DNA of 64,000 nucleotides from a virus (IMGVR_UViG_2695420859_000012); one strand, 5' to 3'; numbered from the stretch's first letter, positions 29,208-38,169 are shown. Program-made: numbers and translations. Notes: a model not told the origin generated them from the letters alone.

Positions 29208-30308
29208 ATGAGCGAGTCCAAATCGCCGGATGCCCTGAGAGCAATGGTAGCCGGTACGCTGGCTAATTTTCAGCACCCAACCCTGAAACACAACCTGACT
29301 ACGCTTAAAGCGTTACACCATGTTGCGTTGATGGATGACACACTGCATGTCGAACTAATCATGCCTTTCGTGTGGAATAAGCCTTTTGAAGACCTGAAAG
29401 AGCAATGTAGTGGTGATCTGCTACGTATCACTGGCGCAAAGGCTATTGACTGGAAGCTGTCGTACAACATTGCCACGCTTAAGCGCGTCAAAAACCAACC
29501 AGGCATTAATGGCGTTAAGAACATTATCGCCGTCAGCTCAGGCAAGGGCGGCGTGGGTAAATCCTCCACGGCGGTAAACCTGGCACTGGCGTTGGCTGCT
29601 GAAGGTGCGAAAGTTGGTATTTTGGATGCCGATATCTATGGTCCATCAATTCCAACCATGCTGGGCGCGGAAAACCAACGTCCAACCTCACCGGACGGTA
29701 CTCACATGGCACCTATCATGTCTCATGGCCTGGCAACCAACTCTATTGGTTATCTGGTCACCGACGACAATGCAATGGTGTGGCGTGGACCGATGGCCAG
29801 CAAGGCGCTGATGCAGATGTTGCAGGAAACACTGTGGCCTGATCTGGACTATCTCGTTCTCGATATGCCACCGGGCACTGGTGATATTCAATTGACGCTG
29901 GCGCAGAACATTCCTGTAACTGGTGCGGTTGTGGTAACTACGCCGCAAGACATCGCGCTGATCGATGCGAAGAAAGGCATTGTGATGTTCGAAAAAGTCG
30001 AAGTGCCGGTACTGGGTATCGTTGAAAACATGAGTGTGCATATTTGCAGTAACTGCGGTCATCACGAGCCAATTTTTGGCACCGGTGGCGCACAGAAACT
30101 GGCCGAGAAATACAACACGCAGTTGTTAGGCCAAATGCCACTTCATATCTCTCTTCGTGAAGATCTGGATAACGGAACACCAACCGTTATTAGTCGTCCA
30201 GATAGTGAATTTACGGCTATTTATCGTGACCTCGCAGATCGCGTTGCTGCCCAAATGTATTGGCAAGGTGAAGTAATACCTGGCGAAATCGCATTCCGCG
30301 CAGTGTGA
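29208..30308 (+). CDS. apbC: Fe-S cluster carrier ATPase Mrp/ApbC (host-type)
   Basis: P-loop ([20 protein letters not shown]), conserved CxxC (CSNCGHHEP); divergently arranged with metG as in enterobacterial chromosomes. Confidence 0.95.
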   Translation: MSESKSPDALRAMVAGTLANFQHPTLKHNLTTLKALHHVALMDDTLHVELIMPFVWNKPFEDLKEQCSGDLLRITGAKAIDWKLSYNIATLKRVKNQPGINGVKNIIAVSSGKGGVGKSSTAVNLALALAAEGAKVGILDADIYGPSIPTMLGAENQRPTSPDGTHMAPIMSHGLATNSIGYLVTDDNAMVWRGPMASKALMQMLQETLWPDLDYLVLDMPPGTGDIQLTLAQNIPVTGAVVVTTPQDIALIDAKKGIVMFEKVEVPVLGIVENMSVHICSNCGHHEPIFGTGGAQKLAEKYNTQLLGQMPLHISLREDLDNGTPTVISRPDSEFTAIYRDLADRVAAQMYWQGEVIPGEIAFRAV

Positions 30309-30317
30309 TAAAAAGGT

Positions 30318-30444
30318 GGTGCTTTTGCCGTTACGCACCACCCCGTCAGTAGCTGAACAGGAGGGACAGCTGATAGAAACAGAAGCCACTGGAGCACCTC
30401 AAAAACACCATCATACACTAAATCAGTAAGTTGGCAGCATCACC
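30318..30444 (-). mobile_element. insA: IS1 left-end remnant (terminal inverted repeat plus first 24 codons of insA), truncated internally
   Basis: Track ORF 30126-30389 (-) begins [24 protein letters not shown], the InsA N-terminus, then reads antisense mrp. Upstream of it lies the IS1 terminal repeat GGTGATGCTGCCAACTTACTGAT (reverse-complemented on the forward strand, ending at about 30442-30444). Confidence 0.8.
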
Positions 30445-30606
30445 GAGCGCCAGCGGCGAACATATGAGCTTCGGAAATACTAGACATTCTTAACTCCGTT
30501 GTTTTCTAGTTGTGGTTATTTTCACAAATAAGAAAAGATAGAAAACAATTTATTTAAGGCCACAACTTATGGCCTTTATTTATTCATGCCGAAGGATTTG
30601 TAGCGT

Positions 30607-30987
30607 CTAATTGCCGGATAAAATGGGGTGAGGTGCTTGCCAGTAGGCTCCACCGTTCCATGTGAACCCCATGCGAATAAGAGTGTTTATTGCGGCTTTG
30701 GTAGACTCCGATTCGACACTGGCTTTACGAAACTCTTGAACCTCTTTCGCCAACTTGTATGTAATTGTGCAGGGGACGATTGCAGCCCAGCCTTTCTCAT
30801 GACTGTTAATGACCATCTGGATGTGACCATCCAGAATAGGTTGATTAGGCATGTTATTGAAAATGTCTGCCTGTTTTTGAATGTGAAGAAAAAGCCTTGC
30901 CAGCGCCATTTGCTCACTACGAGACAAGGGATTATCAAGAGGGCTTTTTGCAAAAGCTGCTATACGCTGTGCATCAATGCCAAACAT
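30607..30987 (-). CDS. Hypothetical protein (126 aa)
   Basis: ORF translationally coupled to the upstream gene; hairpin downstream. Confidence 0.45.
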   Translation of the reverse strand: MFGIDAQRIAAFAKSPLDNPLSRSEQMALARLFLHIQKQADIFNNMPNQPILDGHIQMVINSHEKGWAAIVPCTITYKLAKEVQEFRKASVESESTKAAINTLIRMGFTWNGGAYWQAPHPILSGN

Positions 30988-31691
30988 CAGCGCACCTCAC
31001 CATCTTTATGGCTGGAGTTAACTTCCGTCATTAAATGTCTGACGTAATCGACAAGAGAGCCGCCTGGTGGAATCTGGCATTCCTCAACTAACTGGAAGTA
31101 GATATCCGCTGCATTACGTGTATTGCTACCCGCGCATATTCTTTCTTCCCGAAGTGCATGAAGCTCGTTGATCAAACGGTCACACTCTCCGTTACGCTGA
31201 TCCACAACGGCCTCAAGCTCTGCGACGCGTTCACCTGGCGTCTTACCTTCTTTGCGTTGGATGGTAACGACGAAATCGCCAATTGCAGGGACGTTGTAAT
31301 CCAGCTCAAGGTAGTTTTTGGCACCGCTGCGGACGAACTCACCCGCGAACATGGTGGCGAACATCGCAGAGGCCACTTCTCCGTTGAAAAGTGACTCCAG
31401 ATCTAACGGAGTCCCGGCAGCAAGAGCCTCTTTTGCTGTATCCATTGCATCCATGAACCGATCAAACTCACTAGCGCGCTTTTCCAGGTCTTTCCATTGC
31501 TCGCTCCAACGTTTGGCAACGAAGTCTATGAATGTTTTCGCGGATTCATCAAAATTCCCCTCAAACTTAACGATGCCTTTATCAATAATGATCTGGCCTA
31601 CCGCATCCTCTGCATAACCTTTCAATGTAAACTTGAAAGGAAAATCGGAATGGCCTGTGACGTTAAAATGCTCTAACTGGAGGTTGCTCAT
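30987..31691 (-). CDS. Hypothetical protein (234 aa)
   Basis: ORF with an upstream AT-rich palindrome. Confidence 0.5.
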   Translation of the reverse strand: MSNLQLEHFNVTGHSDFPFKFTLKGYAEDAVGQIIIDKGIVKFEGNFDESAKTFIDFVAKRWSEQWKDLEKRASEFDRFMDAMDTAKEALAAGTPLDLESLFNGEVASAMFATMFAGEFVRSGAKNYLELDYNVPAIGDFVVTIQRKEGKTPGERVAELEAVVDQRNGECDRLINELHALREERICAGSNTRNAADIYFQLVEECQIPPGGSLVDYVRHLMTEVNSSHKDGEVR

Positions 31692-31752
31692 GTGTTTTTC
31701 TCTTATCGTTTAGTAACTACATTCTTACATAAATTAAGTAAGCATTTACCTA

Positions 31753-33438
31753 TCATTTAACGCGTTTGAAAACGTATACGCTGACTGTGATCCCTGTGTC
31801 TTCAAACTCGTTGGTAAACGACTTCCCTCTGGCATAAACGTAATTATCCATCGTCATCCAGTCCAGTATTGGCGCAGTGCCCGGCAATACTGCTACAAGA
31901 CGCCCGCCGACTTTCAGATGCCCCAGCGCAGCCAGCGTGTGCTCTCTATGACGACCAAGCGAGTACGGCGGGTTCATAACGATTTTGTCGAACTGATAAC
32001 CTGCGTTGTCCTCAGACCACTTTATGAAGTCGCAGCAAATCGTGTTCGTATACCCTTTTCCACGCAGGATATCAGCGAAGAGAGGTGCGATTTCTATGCA
32101 GGTAACATCTTCCAGATCGGCGTCAATATAGGCCAGAAGATCCCCACGTCCGGCTTGAGGCTCCAACAGCTTCTCACCAGGCTTCAATTCAGTGGCTCTT
32201 GCAACGTACTCAGCAATCAAGCGTGGGGTAGGGTAGAACTGGTGTGATTTTGTATCCGGTATTAAACCGGTAGCCACAATCGTATTTAGCGTATGGCCGA
32301 TGTCATACGGGAACTGCCAGTGCTTTTTCTCCTGCACGCCGCCAATGAAGCTCAGTGTGCGCTCAAGCTCTTCCACCTGCGACTTCTGGAGAGCTGAATC
32401 AGAGAAGTACCATACACCTTTGTCTTTGCTCAATCGCCCGTCACGAAGCGCAGTGCGAACCGGCACGGAGATCGTCTTCTGGATTAAACCGAACTGCTTT
32501 GGTGCCCGTGTTTTTGGCGCAGTTCGGCATGGCGCGGGGATTGCAGCAGGCATACTGTAAGCCAGCACCTCATTCAACTTCCAGGCCACGTCAGGATGTA
32601 TTTCAAAGTGAACGTTGCCGTTCTTGAACATCTTCACGCGCATCAGATTTCCATCGACGTTCATCCAGTCACCGGTCTGGCAGTCGTTTGCCCGATACGC
32701 AGCTGATAGCACCTCAGCAGTGCGGTTGATGGTAATAAATTCTTTGTGCGCGAAGAAATGAAGCAAGACACGCAGATCGTCGATGTAGTCCTCTTTGCGA
32801 TAGTTCACGCTAACGCTGTCCCGCCAGAAATCAGAAATGCAGTCAGCGATTATCAGCCGCTCGCTGAAACCATTTGTCTTATTTGTCTTGTGCACAGGAC
32901 TCAGCGCCTTAAACAAGCCATACACGCGCTCAGAGAGATATTTGTGCCTGTCATTCAGCAAATTAAGCATCGTGGGTATGACCGTTTCTGCTTTGAACTC
33001 CGGTACACCAACGAACTCTTTAACCTTCATCTGGTAGCCGGTTCTGTCAGTTTTGATGACTTCCTGTTTGCCCTCTATAAACTGCTCGCGCCACTCATCT
33101 CGACGGGAAGCTGGCATGATCAGCAAAACGTTAGTCATGTCCGTGACCTTCCTCCAGTACTCGGCCCAAATATTCTGTTTCACCCATTCCAGATCGACTT
33201 TATCCAACCAACCTCGATTTAAACGCGAGCGATCTTCATCTGGTCGATGGTTTAGTTTCAGCAGGCGATTAATCATGTTGTGGCGTTCGTCGCCATAAAC
33301 GAAGTTGTGAACCTGATACATGAAGGCGATCTCTTTCTCGCACTCGGCCACAATTTCGTGGATAACGTTCATTTCCTGACGATAATCGATAGCAGTGTTT
33401 GAGCTGGCATCGTCGATGATGGAAAGGGCTGTATTCAT
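31753..33438 (-). CDS. DNA N6-adenine methyltransferase with large N-terminal domain of unknown function
   Basis: C-terminal about 190 aa carry motif I-like LEPQAGRGDL and motif IV (IVMNPPYS); the N-terminal about 370 aa are unassigned. Conserved upstream element directly 5'. Confidence 0.6.
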   Translation of the reverse strand: MNTALSIIDDASSNTAIDYRQEMNVIHEIVAECEKEIAFMYQVHNFVYGDERHNMINRLLKLNHRPDEDRSRLNRGWLDKVDLEWVKQNIWAEYWRKVTDMTNVLLIMPASRRDEWREQFIEGKQEVIKTDRTGYQMKVKEFVGVPEFKAETVIPTMLNLLNDRHKYLSERVYGLFKALSPVHKTNKTNGFSERLIIADCISDFWRDSVSVNYRKEDYIDDLRVLLHFFAHKEFITINRTAEVLSAAYRANDCQTGDWMNVDGNLMRVKMFKNGNVHFEIHPDVAWKLNEVLAYSMPAAIPAPCRTAPKTRAPKQFGLIQKTISVPVRTALRDGRLSKDKGVWYFSDSALQKSQVEELERTLSFIGGVQEKKHWQFPYDIGHTLNTIVATGLIPDTKSHQFYPTPRLIAEYVARATELKPGEKLLEPQAGRGDLLAYIDADLEDVTCIEIAPLFADILRGKGYTNTICCDFIKWSEDNAGYQFDKIVMNPPYSLGRHREHTLAALGHLKVGGRLVAVLPGTAPILDWMTMDNYVYARGKSFTNEFEDTGITVSVYVFKRVK

Positions 33439-33579
33439 AATTACACCATTAAATAATTTGTTTTCTGATTGGTGTAATTATCGCAAACTTGAAAAGGCAT
33501 AAAAGCTGCATTCATAGGCGTTACAGCAGATTTAAGGCGTAAAAATGGGGGCTGTCGCCCCCTGTCGACTGGTGCTGTA

Positions 33580-34146
33580 TTAGAGTGCGTATTGCGTTTT
33601 GTGCGGCTGCTTATTCAAGTCATGGCGATGCGTGAGCTCCCGCATCATGTCTTCAAGGCGACTCTTTGTGTCGTCGAGCTGGTCGGCCATTGCACCTAAA
33701 AGCTGGCGAACGGCCATCGGACCGTCGCTGTTTAGTGATGGCATTTTAGAACCTGCTTTAGAAGACATAAGGTTGATTGCAGACATCAACATCGTTAGAG
33801 AGGATTTAAGCCCGGCAATTTCACGATCTTTGCTGGCAATAATCGTCTCACTTTTGTTACCGTCATCAGTTTCTTGAGTCTCGCTCACCATATCCAAAGT
33901 CGCTTGCAACTTATCAGCTCTCTCTTTTTCAGCAAGGTAATGAACACCGAAATGGTGTGCCAAAGCTACAATCTGAGTTGGCTCTTCAAAGGTGGAATTA
34001 AAATTAAGTATTGTAAACAGTCTCTCAAATATGGAAACGTCTTCTATTCCTCGAAGAATGGCTAACATTTTGACCAGTTCATTAGCATCCATTTCTTCGA
34101 ATAAGGCGTTTTGTTCATCAGCTATCGCTTTGCATTTCTTGCACAT
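33580..34146 (-). CDS. Hypothetical protein (188 aa)
   Basis: ORF with AGGA RBS and the conserved upstream element. Confidence 0.5.
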   Translation of the reverse strand: MCKKCKAIADEQNALFEEMDANELVKMLAILRGIEDVSIFERLFTILNFNSTFEEPTQIVALAHHFGVHYLAEKERADKLQATLDMVSETQETDDGNKSETIIASKDREIAGLKSSLTMLMSAINLMSSKAGSKMPSLNSDGPMAVRQLLGAMADQLDDTKSRLEDMMRELTHRHDLNKQPHKTQYAL

Positions 34147-34285
34147 GTGTTTTTCCTAATGCTTAAACAAGTTGTTTTCTTATTGTCTTTATTGTGATGT
34201 GGCATAAAAGGGGAGCAAGCTAAACGTAAAGGTGCAAACTCTCTATTTCGGTCAACGAAACACAAGGGCCATTTGGCCCTTGTCA

Positions 34286-34444
34286 TTAACACTTTGCTTT
34301 ACGAACTAACGGATAAGCGAAGTAGATCGCCAAACCAATGAGGACGCCATCAGAAATGACAGACATCATCTTTCCCGTAAAATCCACCAACACCGCCATC
34401 ACCAGAAGAGCAATGACGATCACAAGCCGGAATCTCTCAAGCAT
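34286..34444 (-). CDS. Small membrane protein (52 aa, hypothetical; below ORF-track threshold)
   Basis: My own translation MLERFRLVIVIALLVMAVLVDFTGKMMSVISDGVLIGLAIYFAYPLVRKAKC, two hydrophobic segments; its ATG overlaps the TAA stop of the upstream gene. Confidence 0.3.
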   Translation of the reverse strand: MLERFRLVIVIALLVMAVLVDFTGKMMSVISDGVLIGLAIYFAYPLVRKAKC

Positions 34445-34869
34445 TAGAGATAAGCATCCAGTGACAACTGAAGCGCCTGGGCGATCTTTTTCAGTGCCTG
34501 CTCTTCTTGTTCACCAATGCCGTCCTGATCGGCAATATCAAGGCACAGACACAGAACATCGACCGCCTCTGGAGTACCCGCAATATCAGACAGCTCACGA
34601 ATAGCCTGTGCATTAGCAGAACGAGGGGACGCTTCGTAACGAGCACGGATATTGGCGCTCATTTGGGCAATTTCACCAGCAAACGGAGAAAACGCAGGCA
34701 GAGCTGCAATTGTCTTCTCAAGAATGGCAATTTCTTTTGCGTCACATGTGCCGTCGGCATAGGAGATCATGTACGCGCCCCACACGGTGGCCTCAACCGC
34801 ATCACGGTTCTCCATTTTTTTGACTTCGATAACAGCTTTACGAGTTTTCTTTTTGAAGAAACCTAACAT
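34444..34869 (-). CDS. TerB-like domain protein (hypothetical)
   Basis: About 140 aa; loose resemblance to TerB/DjlA-N type domains (ISYADGTCDAKEIAILEKTIA...QEEQALKKIAQAL). Conserved upstream element present. Confidence 0.35.
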   Translation of the reverse strand: MLGFFKKKTRKAVIEVKKMENRDAVEATVWGAYMISYADGTCDAKEIAILEKTIAALPAFSPFAGEIAQMSANIRARYEASPRSANAQAIRELSDIAGTPEAVDVLCLCLDIADQDGIGEQEEQALKKIAQALQLSLDAYL

Positions 34870-34962
34870 GTGCTTTCCTTTTATTATTTGTCAAAACAAG
34901 TTGTTTTCTAATTACATAAATTGCTTACGCAGAGATGGTCAATGCATATGCACTAACAGCCG

Positions 34963-35151
34963 TCAGAAATAACCAAGTACCGAACCAACTGGAAAAACAA
35001 AAATCCCAACTACACGAGCCAAGGTCATGCCAGCCTGAAACTGGAGATCGCCAGAGCAAACAAGTTTTATAATGTTCGATACCCAACCGGCGGCCATAAG
35101 GGCAAGAATTGCCAGCCAAATTTTTCCAAAGTGATTTGAAAACCAGTTCAT
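34963..35151 (-). CDS. Small membrane protein (62 aa, two predicted TM segments)
   Basis: Hydrophobic segments IWLAILALMAAGWV and VVGIFVFPVGSVLGYF; ATG overlaps the stop of the upstream ORF. Confidence 0.4.
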   Translation of the reverse strand: MNWFSNHFGKIWLAILALMAAGWVSNIIKLVCSGDLQFQAGMTLARVVGIFVFPVGSVLGYF

Positions 35152-35399
35152 ACAACCGCCTTAGTCACAGCATGATCCTGAGTAACTGGATGAACTTGAG
35201 GTATCGCATCCACCGCCATCCCATCCAGAGTGACAGGACGCTCCACTGGAGTGGTGGTAATTGTCGTCGACGAAGGTGTGGTGATGGATGAATCCGGCAT
35301 CAAAAGGCTCTGACCGGCTGGAACGGCTACCGTCGCCAGTGAAACTATAATGAGAACGTAGGCCATTGGTTTCAGCCTCTTTCTTTGAAAATTTTCCAT
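35148..35399 (-). CDS. Small secreted/membrane-anchored Thr/Pro-rich protein (hypothetical)
   Basis: Hydrophobic N-terminal segment (MAYVLIIVSLATVAVPA); start/stop overlap with the downstream gene. It overlaps the 35161-35655 ORF in another frame, so only one of the two may be real. Confidence 0.3.
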   Translation of the reverse strand: MENFQRKRLKPMAYVLIIVSLATVAVPAGQSLLMPDSSITTPSSTTITTTPVERPVTLDGMAVDAIPQVHPVTQDHAVTKAVV

Positions 35400-35655
35400 T
35401 CGAACTGTCCTTGTTGTTTTTCTCCTTCACTAAAGGCCGTGCATTTTTCGCTTCGCGTGAAGAACCAGAGGCAACAATCGCCCCCACGTTCGCAACAACT
35501 GACGCTTGATTATCTAAACGTTCATTCAGCAACCGAACGGTAGTCTCTAGTTCATCAAGGCGTGACATAACACGACCGCTAAATAATTCGGCCAAAATTT
35601 GACGTAAAGAACGAGGACGTTTAGTTACAGAAGTGAAATAGGTTTGACGTGCCAT
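35161..35655 (-). CDS. Hypothetical protein (N-terminal about 90 aa look protein-like; C-terminal part may be out-of-frame read-through)
   Basis: The N-terminal part is helical and charged; the C-terminal Ser/Gly/Cys/His-rich tail looks like non-coding translation. Confidence 0.3.
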   Translation of the reverse strand: MARQTYFTSVTKRPRSLRQILAELFSGRVMSRLDELETTVRLLNERLDNQASVVANVGAIVASGSSREAKNARPLVKEKNNKDSSNGKFSKKEAETNGLRSHYSFTGDGSRSSRSEPFDAGFIHHHTFVDDNYHHSSGASCHSGWDGGGCDTSSSSSYSGSCCD

Positions 35656-35803
35656 GTGGACTCCATCCAGTGTCAGAAAGAGTTGCGGCTGGCGATTGCC
35701 AGCCGCCTTTCTCGTTCCATCCTGGAACTGTGTCTTACCGACACATTGTCATCCTGACGCCGATAAGATACATGATTTAAAATGATAGGTAAACACTTAC
35801 TTA

Positions 35804-36394
35804 CTATTTATTATAAACAAAACCAATATCTTTCTTGTGAGGCATATCTGCTGCTGAAAAAGCTGCGATCTTCGCGAGTCGATCACATATTTCATTTTCA
35901 CGATGCCCGGCGTGACCTTTAACCCACTTCCAGCGAACATTATGTCGACTTGCGGCCTCATCCAGACGCTTCCACAGATCAACATTCTTTACCGGTTTTT
36001 TGTCAGAAGTCATCCATCCATTGCGTTTCCACCATTTCATCCACTGTGTCATGCCGTTTTTCAGATACTGGCTATCAGAGTGCAAAATAACGTTGCATGG
36101 ATATTTCAAACGCTCCAGCCCGATAAGTGCCCCCATCATCTCCATGCGGTTATTGGTGGTGCTATGAAAACCATCTGAGAACTCGCGTTCCTCACCACGA
36201 TACTGGAGAACGATACCGTAACCGCCCGGGCCACCCGGATTTTTAAGGCAAGAGCCATCACTAAAGATTTTCACGGTTTTAAGCTGGGGATTGAACTCTA
36301 CGACAGGCGTTGTGGGATTGGTGCGGGGGGAATTTTTGTTTTTGGCTTTTTTGCGAGTTTTTGCTTGCGATCGGGCTGGTGTCTTCGTCGTCAT
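35804..36394 (-). CDS. rnhA: Ribonuclease HI with basic N-terminal extension
   Basis: RNase H domain near-collinear with E. coli RnhA ([27 protein letters not shown]...[16 protein letters not shown]...HSDSQY...[18 protein letters not shown]). Start placed at the internal Met ([10 protein letters not shown]); the track ORF starts at 36478. Confidence 0.85.
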   Translation of the reverse strand: MTTKTPARSQAKTRKKAKNKNSPRTNPTTPVVEFNPQLKTVKIFSDGSCLKNPGGPGGYGIVLQYRGEEREFSDGFHSTTNNRMEMMGALIGLERLKYPCNVILHSDSQYLKNGMTQWMKWWKRNGWMTSDKKPVKNVDLWKRLDEAASRHNVRWKWVKGHAGHRENEICDRLAKIAAFSAADMPHKKDIGFVYNK

Positions 36395-36479
36395 ATAAAC
36401 TCCTGAATCAAGCGCCGCGCCGATTTTTCCTCGCGCGTGCGCACACGCGTGCGTGTTAATAATTATTAAAATAAACAAA

Positions 36480-36960
36480 TTACTTCCCAGAACAGGTTTT
36501 TATAAACCTGAACTGAACGAACGAAGTGAGTGAAATTCACCTCGAACGAAGTGAGAGGTTGTCTTTTCAGGTAATACTCTCCCAGGGAGGTGAGTATAAA
36601 AATCTCTCACCAACCTGGTCGTTTCATAACCTGAAAAGTTATGGTCTAAGTCTACTGCCAGCTTAGACTTGGGAAGTTATGGATGACAGCACCCCAGAAC
36701 CGAGATCTTCCCACACTTTATGAAGGGGAGTACTGGATTCAACCTCTCGAAACACCCCAGACTCGACAATCATAAAGTGACCCTTGTCTCTGCTCACTTT
36801 GGTTCCCCCTTCCCCGACACCTAAACGGCACCAGTTCTACGCTGGTAGTGAGCTTTTTTAAACCTGACGCCAGTGACGCTTACCCCCACCCATCAGGTCG
36901 AGTCTCCAGTCTACGACTGGAAACTATCAGATCTTAGCACTTACAATTCACTTTATGAAT
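36480..36960. other. ORF-free region (about 480 bp) with multiple hairpins and short direct repeats
   Basis: No ORF of 60 aa or more on either strand; GAACGAAGTGAG repeated twice; hairpins such as CAGGTTTTTATAAACCTG and CATAACCTGAAAAGTTATGG. Confidence 0.4.
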
Positions 36961-36976
36961 AGTTTGTACTTATCTA

Positions 36977-37231
36977 TCATTGTGATTGATTATTTTCTCT
37001 ACCATGTAGTTGAACATTCAAGGCAAACACCTCATTGATCAACTCACCTAAAAGCTGTTCAACAAGTTCGCGATGCTCGCCAAGATGCAAGCACTTAATT
37101 GCCCATTCGTACAAGTTGAAAGCCTGCTCACGATCTTTCATCATTTCACGAGCCTGGGCCAGAAAATCGCTCTCTACGAGCGCAACGACATTAGTCGGGT
37201 ATGACATGTTGGTTTCCTTAAAGTGGTTCAT
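36977..37231 (-). CDS. Hypothetical protein (84 aa)
   Basis: ORF downstream of the second long palindromic element. Confidence 0.45.
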   Translation of the reverse strand: MNHFKETNMSYPTNVVALVESDFLAQAREMMKDREQAFNLYEWAIKCLHLGEHRELVEQLLGELINEVFALNVQLHGRENNQSQ

Positions 37232-37311
37232 AAAATCGATTTTAAAGCGTCTGGGAAGGGGTTCTAGTGGATTCTGTTGTGATGTTCAGGTCTGGAGTCT
37301 CTGATACAAAA

Positions 37312-37371
37312 CAGCCTGCTTCCGTATATTAATAATTAATATGTAGTTATTTATATATACAGAAGCAGGCT
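37312..37371. repeat. Long AT-centred palindromic element (copy 2 of 2)
   Basis: AGCCTGCTTCCGTATATTAATAATTAATATGTAGTTATTTATATATACAGAAGCAGGCT, near-identical arms to the element at 13118-13177. Confidence 0.6.
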
Positions 37372-37392
37372 AATTACAGACGCCAGAACAAA

Positions 37393-37986
37393 CTAAGCAG
37401 CCTTCTTTGATGGTCTTTTTTTCCTGATCACATTCGCAGGATCATACCCTCCCAGACTTTTCATGACGTCCAAAGGGATCTTGCTTATAGAGTGCCCAGC
37501 GTCCTGACAGAATCCTCGAAAAACAACGAGCATACTGCCACCTGGGTTGATGTTTACTTCTACCTGACCCAGATTTACGTCAGGCTCGACAAACGCTACG
37601 CGGCCACCAGACAGAATAATCGTCTCATTCGCACACTCTGTTGCACGCTCATACCACTTTGTATCTAGGGATTGAGGAATTAGCATCACTGTTGTAACTC
37701 CGCGAGCCTGCTCACGTATAGCCGCATCAATCCAGGGGTAGATTTTGGAGTAGGGTGGATTGAGGAAGGCAATTGTACCTGGCTGTCCCCATTCAGATTT
37801 CAAAGCATCACGCTCAACGCCTATGAAATTAGGCAGCTTTGCATTGTCCTTGTTGCAGGCAACGTCAACATCAAATGTCACTCCAAGATAACGTTGAATG
37901 GCAGAAAACAGCCAGTCAGGTGTTCTCCAGAGGTCACGAAGAGAGTTGTCACGCTTTCGCTGTTTGATTTTTTCGGCTGCAATCAT
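37393..37986 (-). CDS. Phage-type DNA N6-adenine methyltransferase (Dam-like)
   Basis: About 197 aa with FLNPPYS motif and cofactor-binding-like region; size and motif order fit the small phage Dam family. Confidence 0.7.
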   Translation of the reverse strand: MIAAEKIKQRKRDNSLRDLWRTPDWLFSAIQRYLGVTFDVDVACNKDNAKLPNFIGVERDALKSEWGQPGTIAFLNPPYSKIYPWIDAAIREQARGVTTVMLIPQSLDTKWYERATECANETIILSGGRVAFVEPDVNLGQVEVNINPGGSMLVVFRGFCQDAGHSISKIPLDVMKSLGGYDPANVIRKKRPSKKAA

Positions 37987-38169
37987 CTTCTTTCTCGATA
38001 GGTAAGTAAATACCTATTTTTGCATTTGATTTTATGTCTGGCAATCAAATAAAACGCGCCAGAAATGCAAACGAGAAGCTCTCTGGCGCGTTTTTGTGGT
38101 GCTGGGTATGTGATTGGCTTACCCAGTACTATAAAGCTCTCTATGGGCTTTATTTTAAGTAGGGGAACG

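Noticed and set aside
27390-30183. Many ORFs overlapping metG and mrp on both strands (for example 27482-28525 at 347 aa, 28069-28494, 29688-30065)
   Set aside because: They are alternative frames of two well-recognised genes and have compositionally biased translations, so they are not independent genes.
30126-30389. 87-aa ORF starting [24 protein letters not shown]
   Set aside because: It is a chimeric frame: the first 24 codons are the IS1 insA start and the rest reads antisense through the mrp 3' end. It marks the IS1 remnant but is not a functional gene.
36480-36960. tRNA genes in the ORF-free region (and elsewhere)
   Set aside because: I found no convincing cloverleaf: no T-arm GTTCRAnnC flanked by a 5-bp stem at the right distance from an acceptor stem. 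tRNAscan-SE would be decisive, but none is called here.
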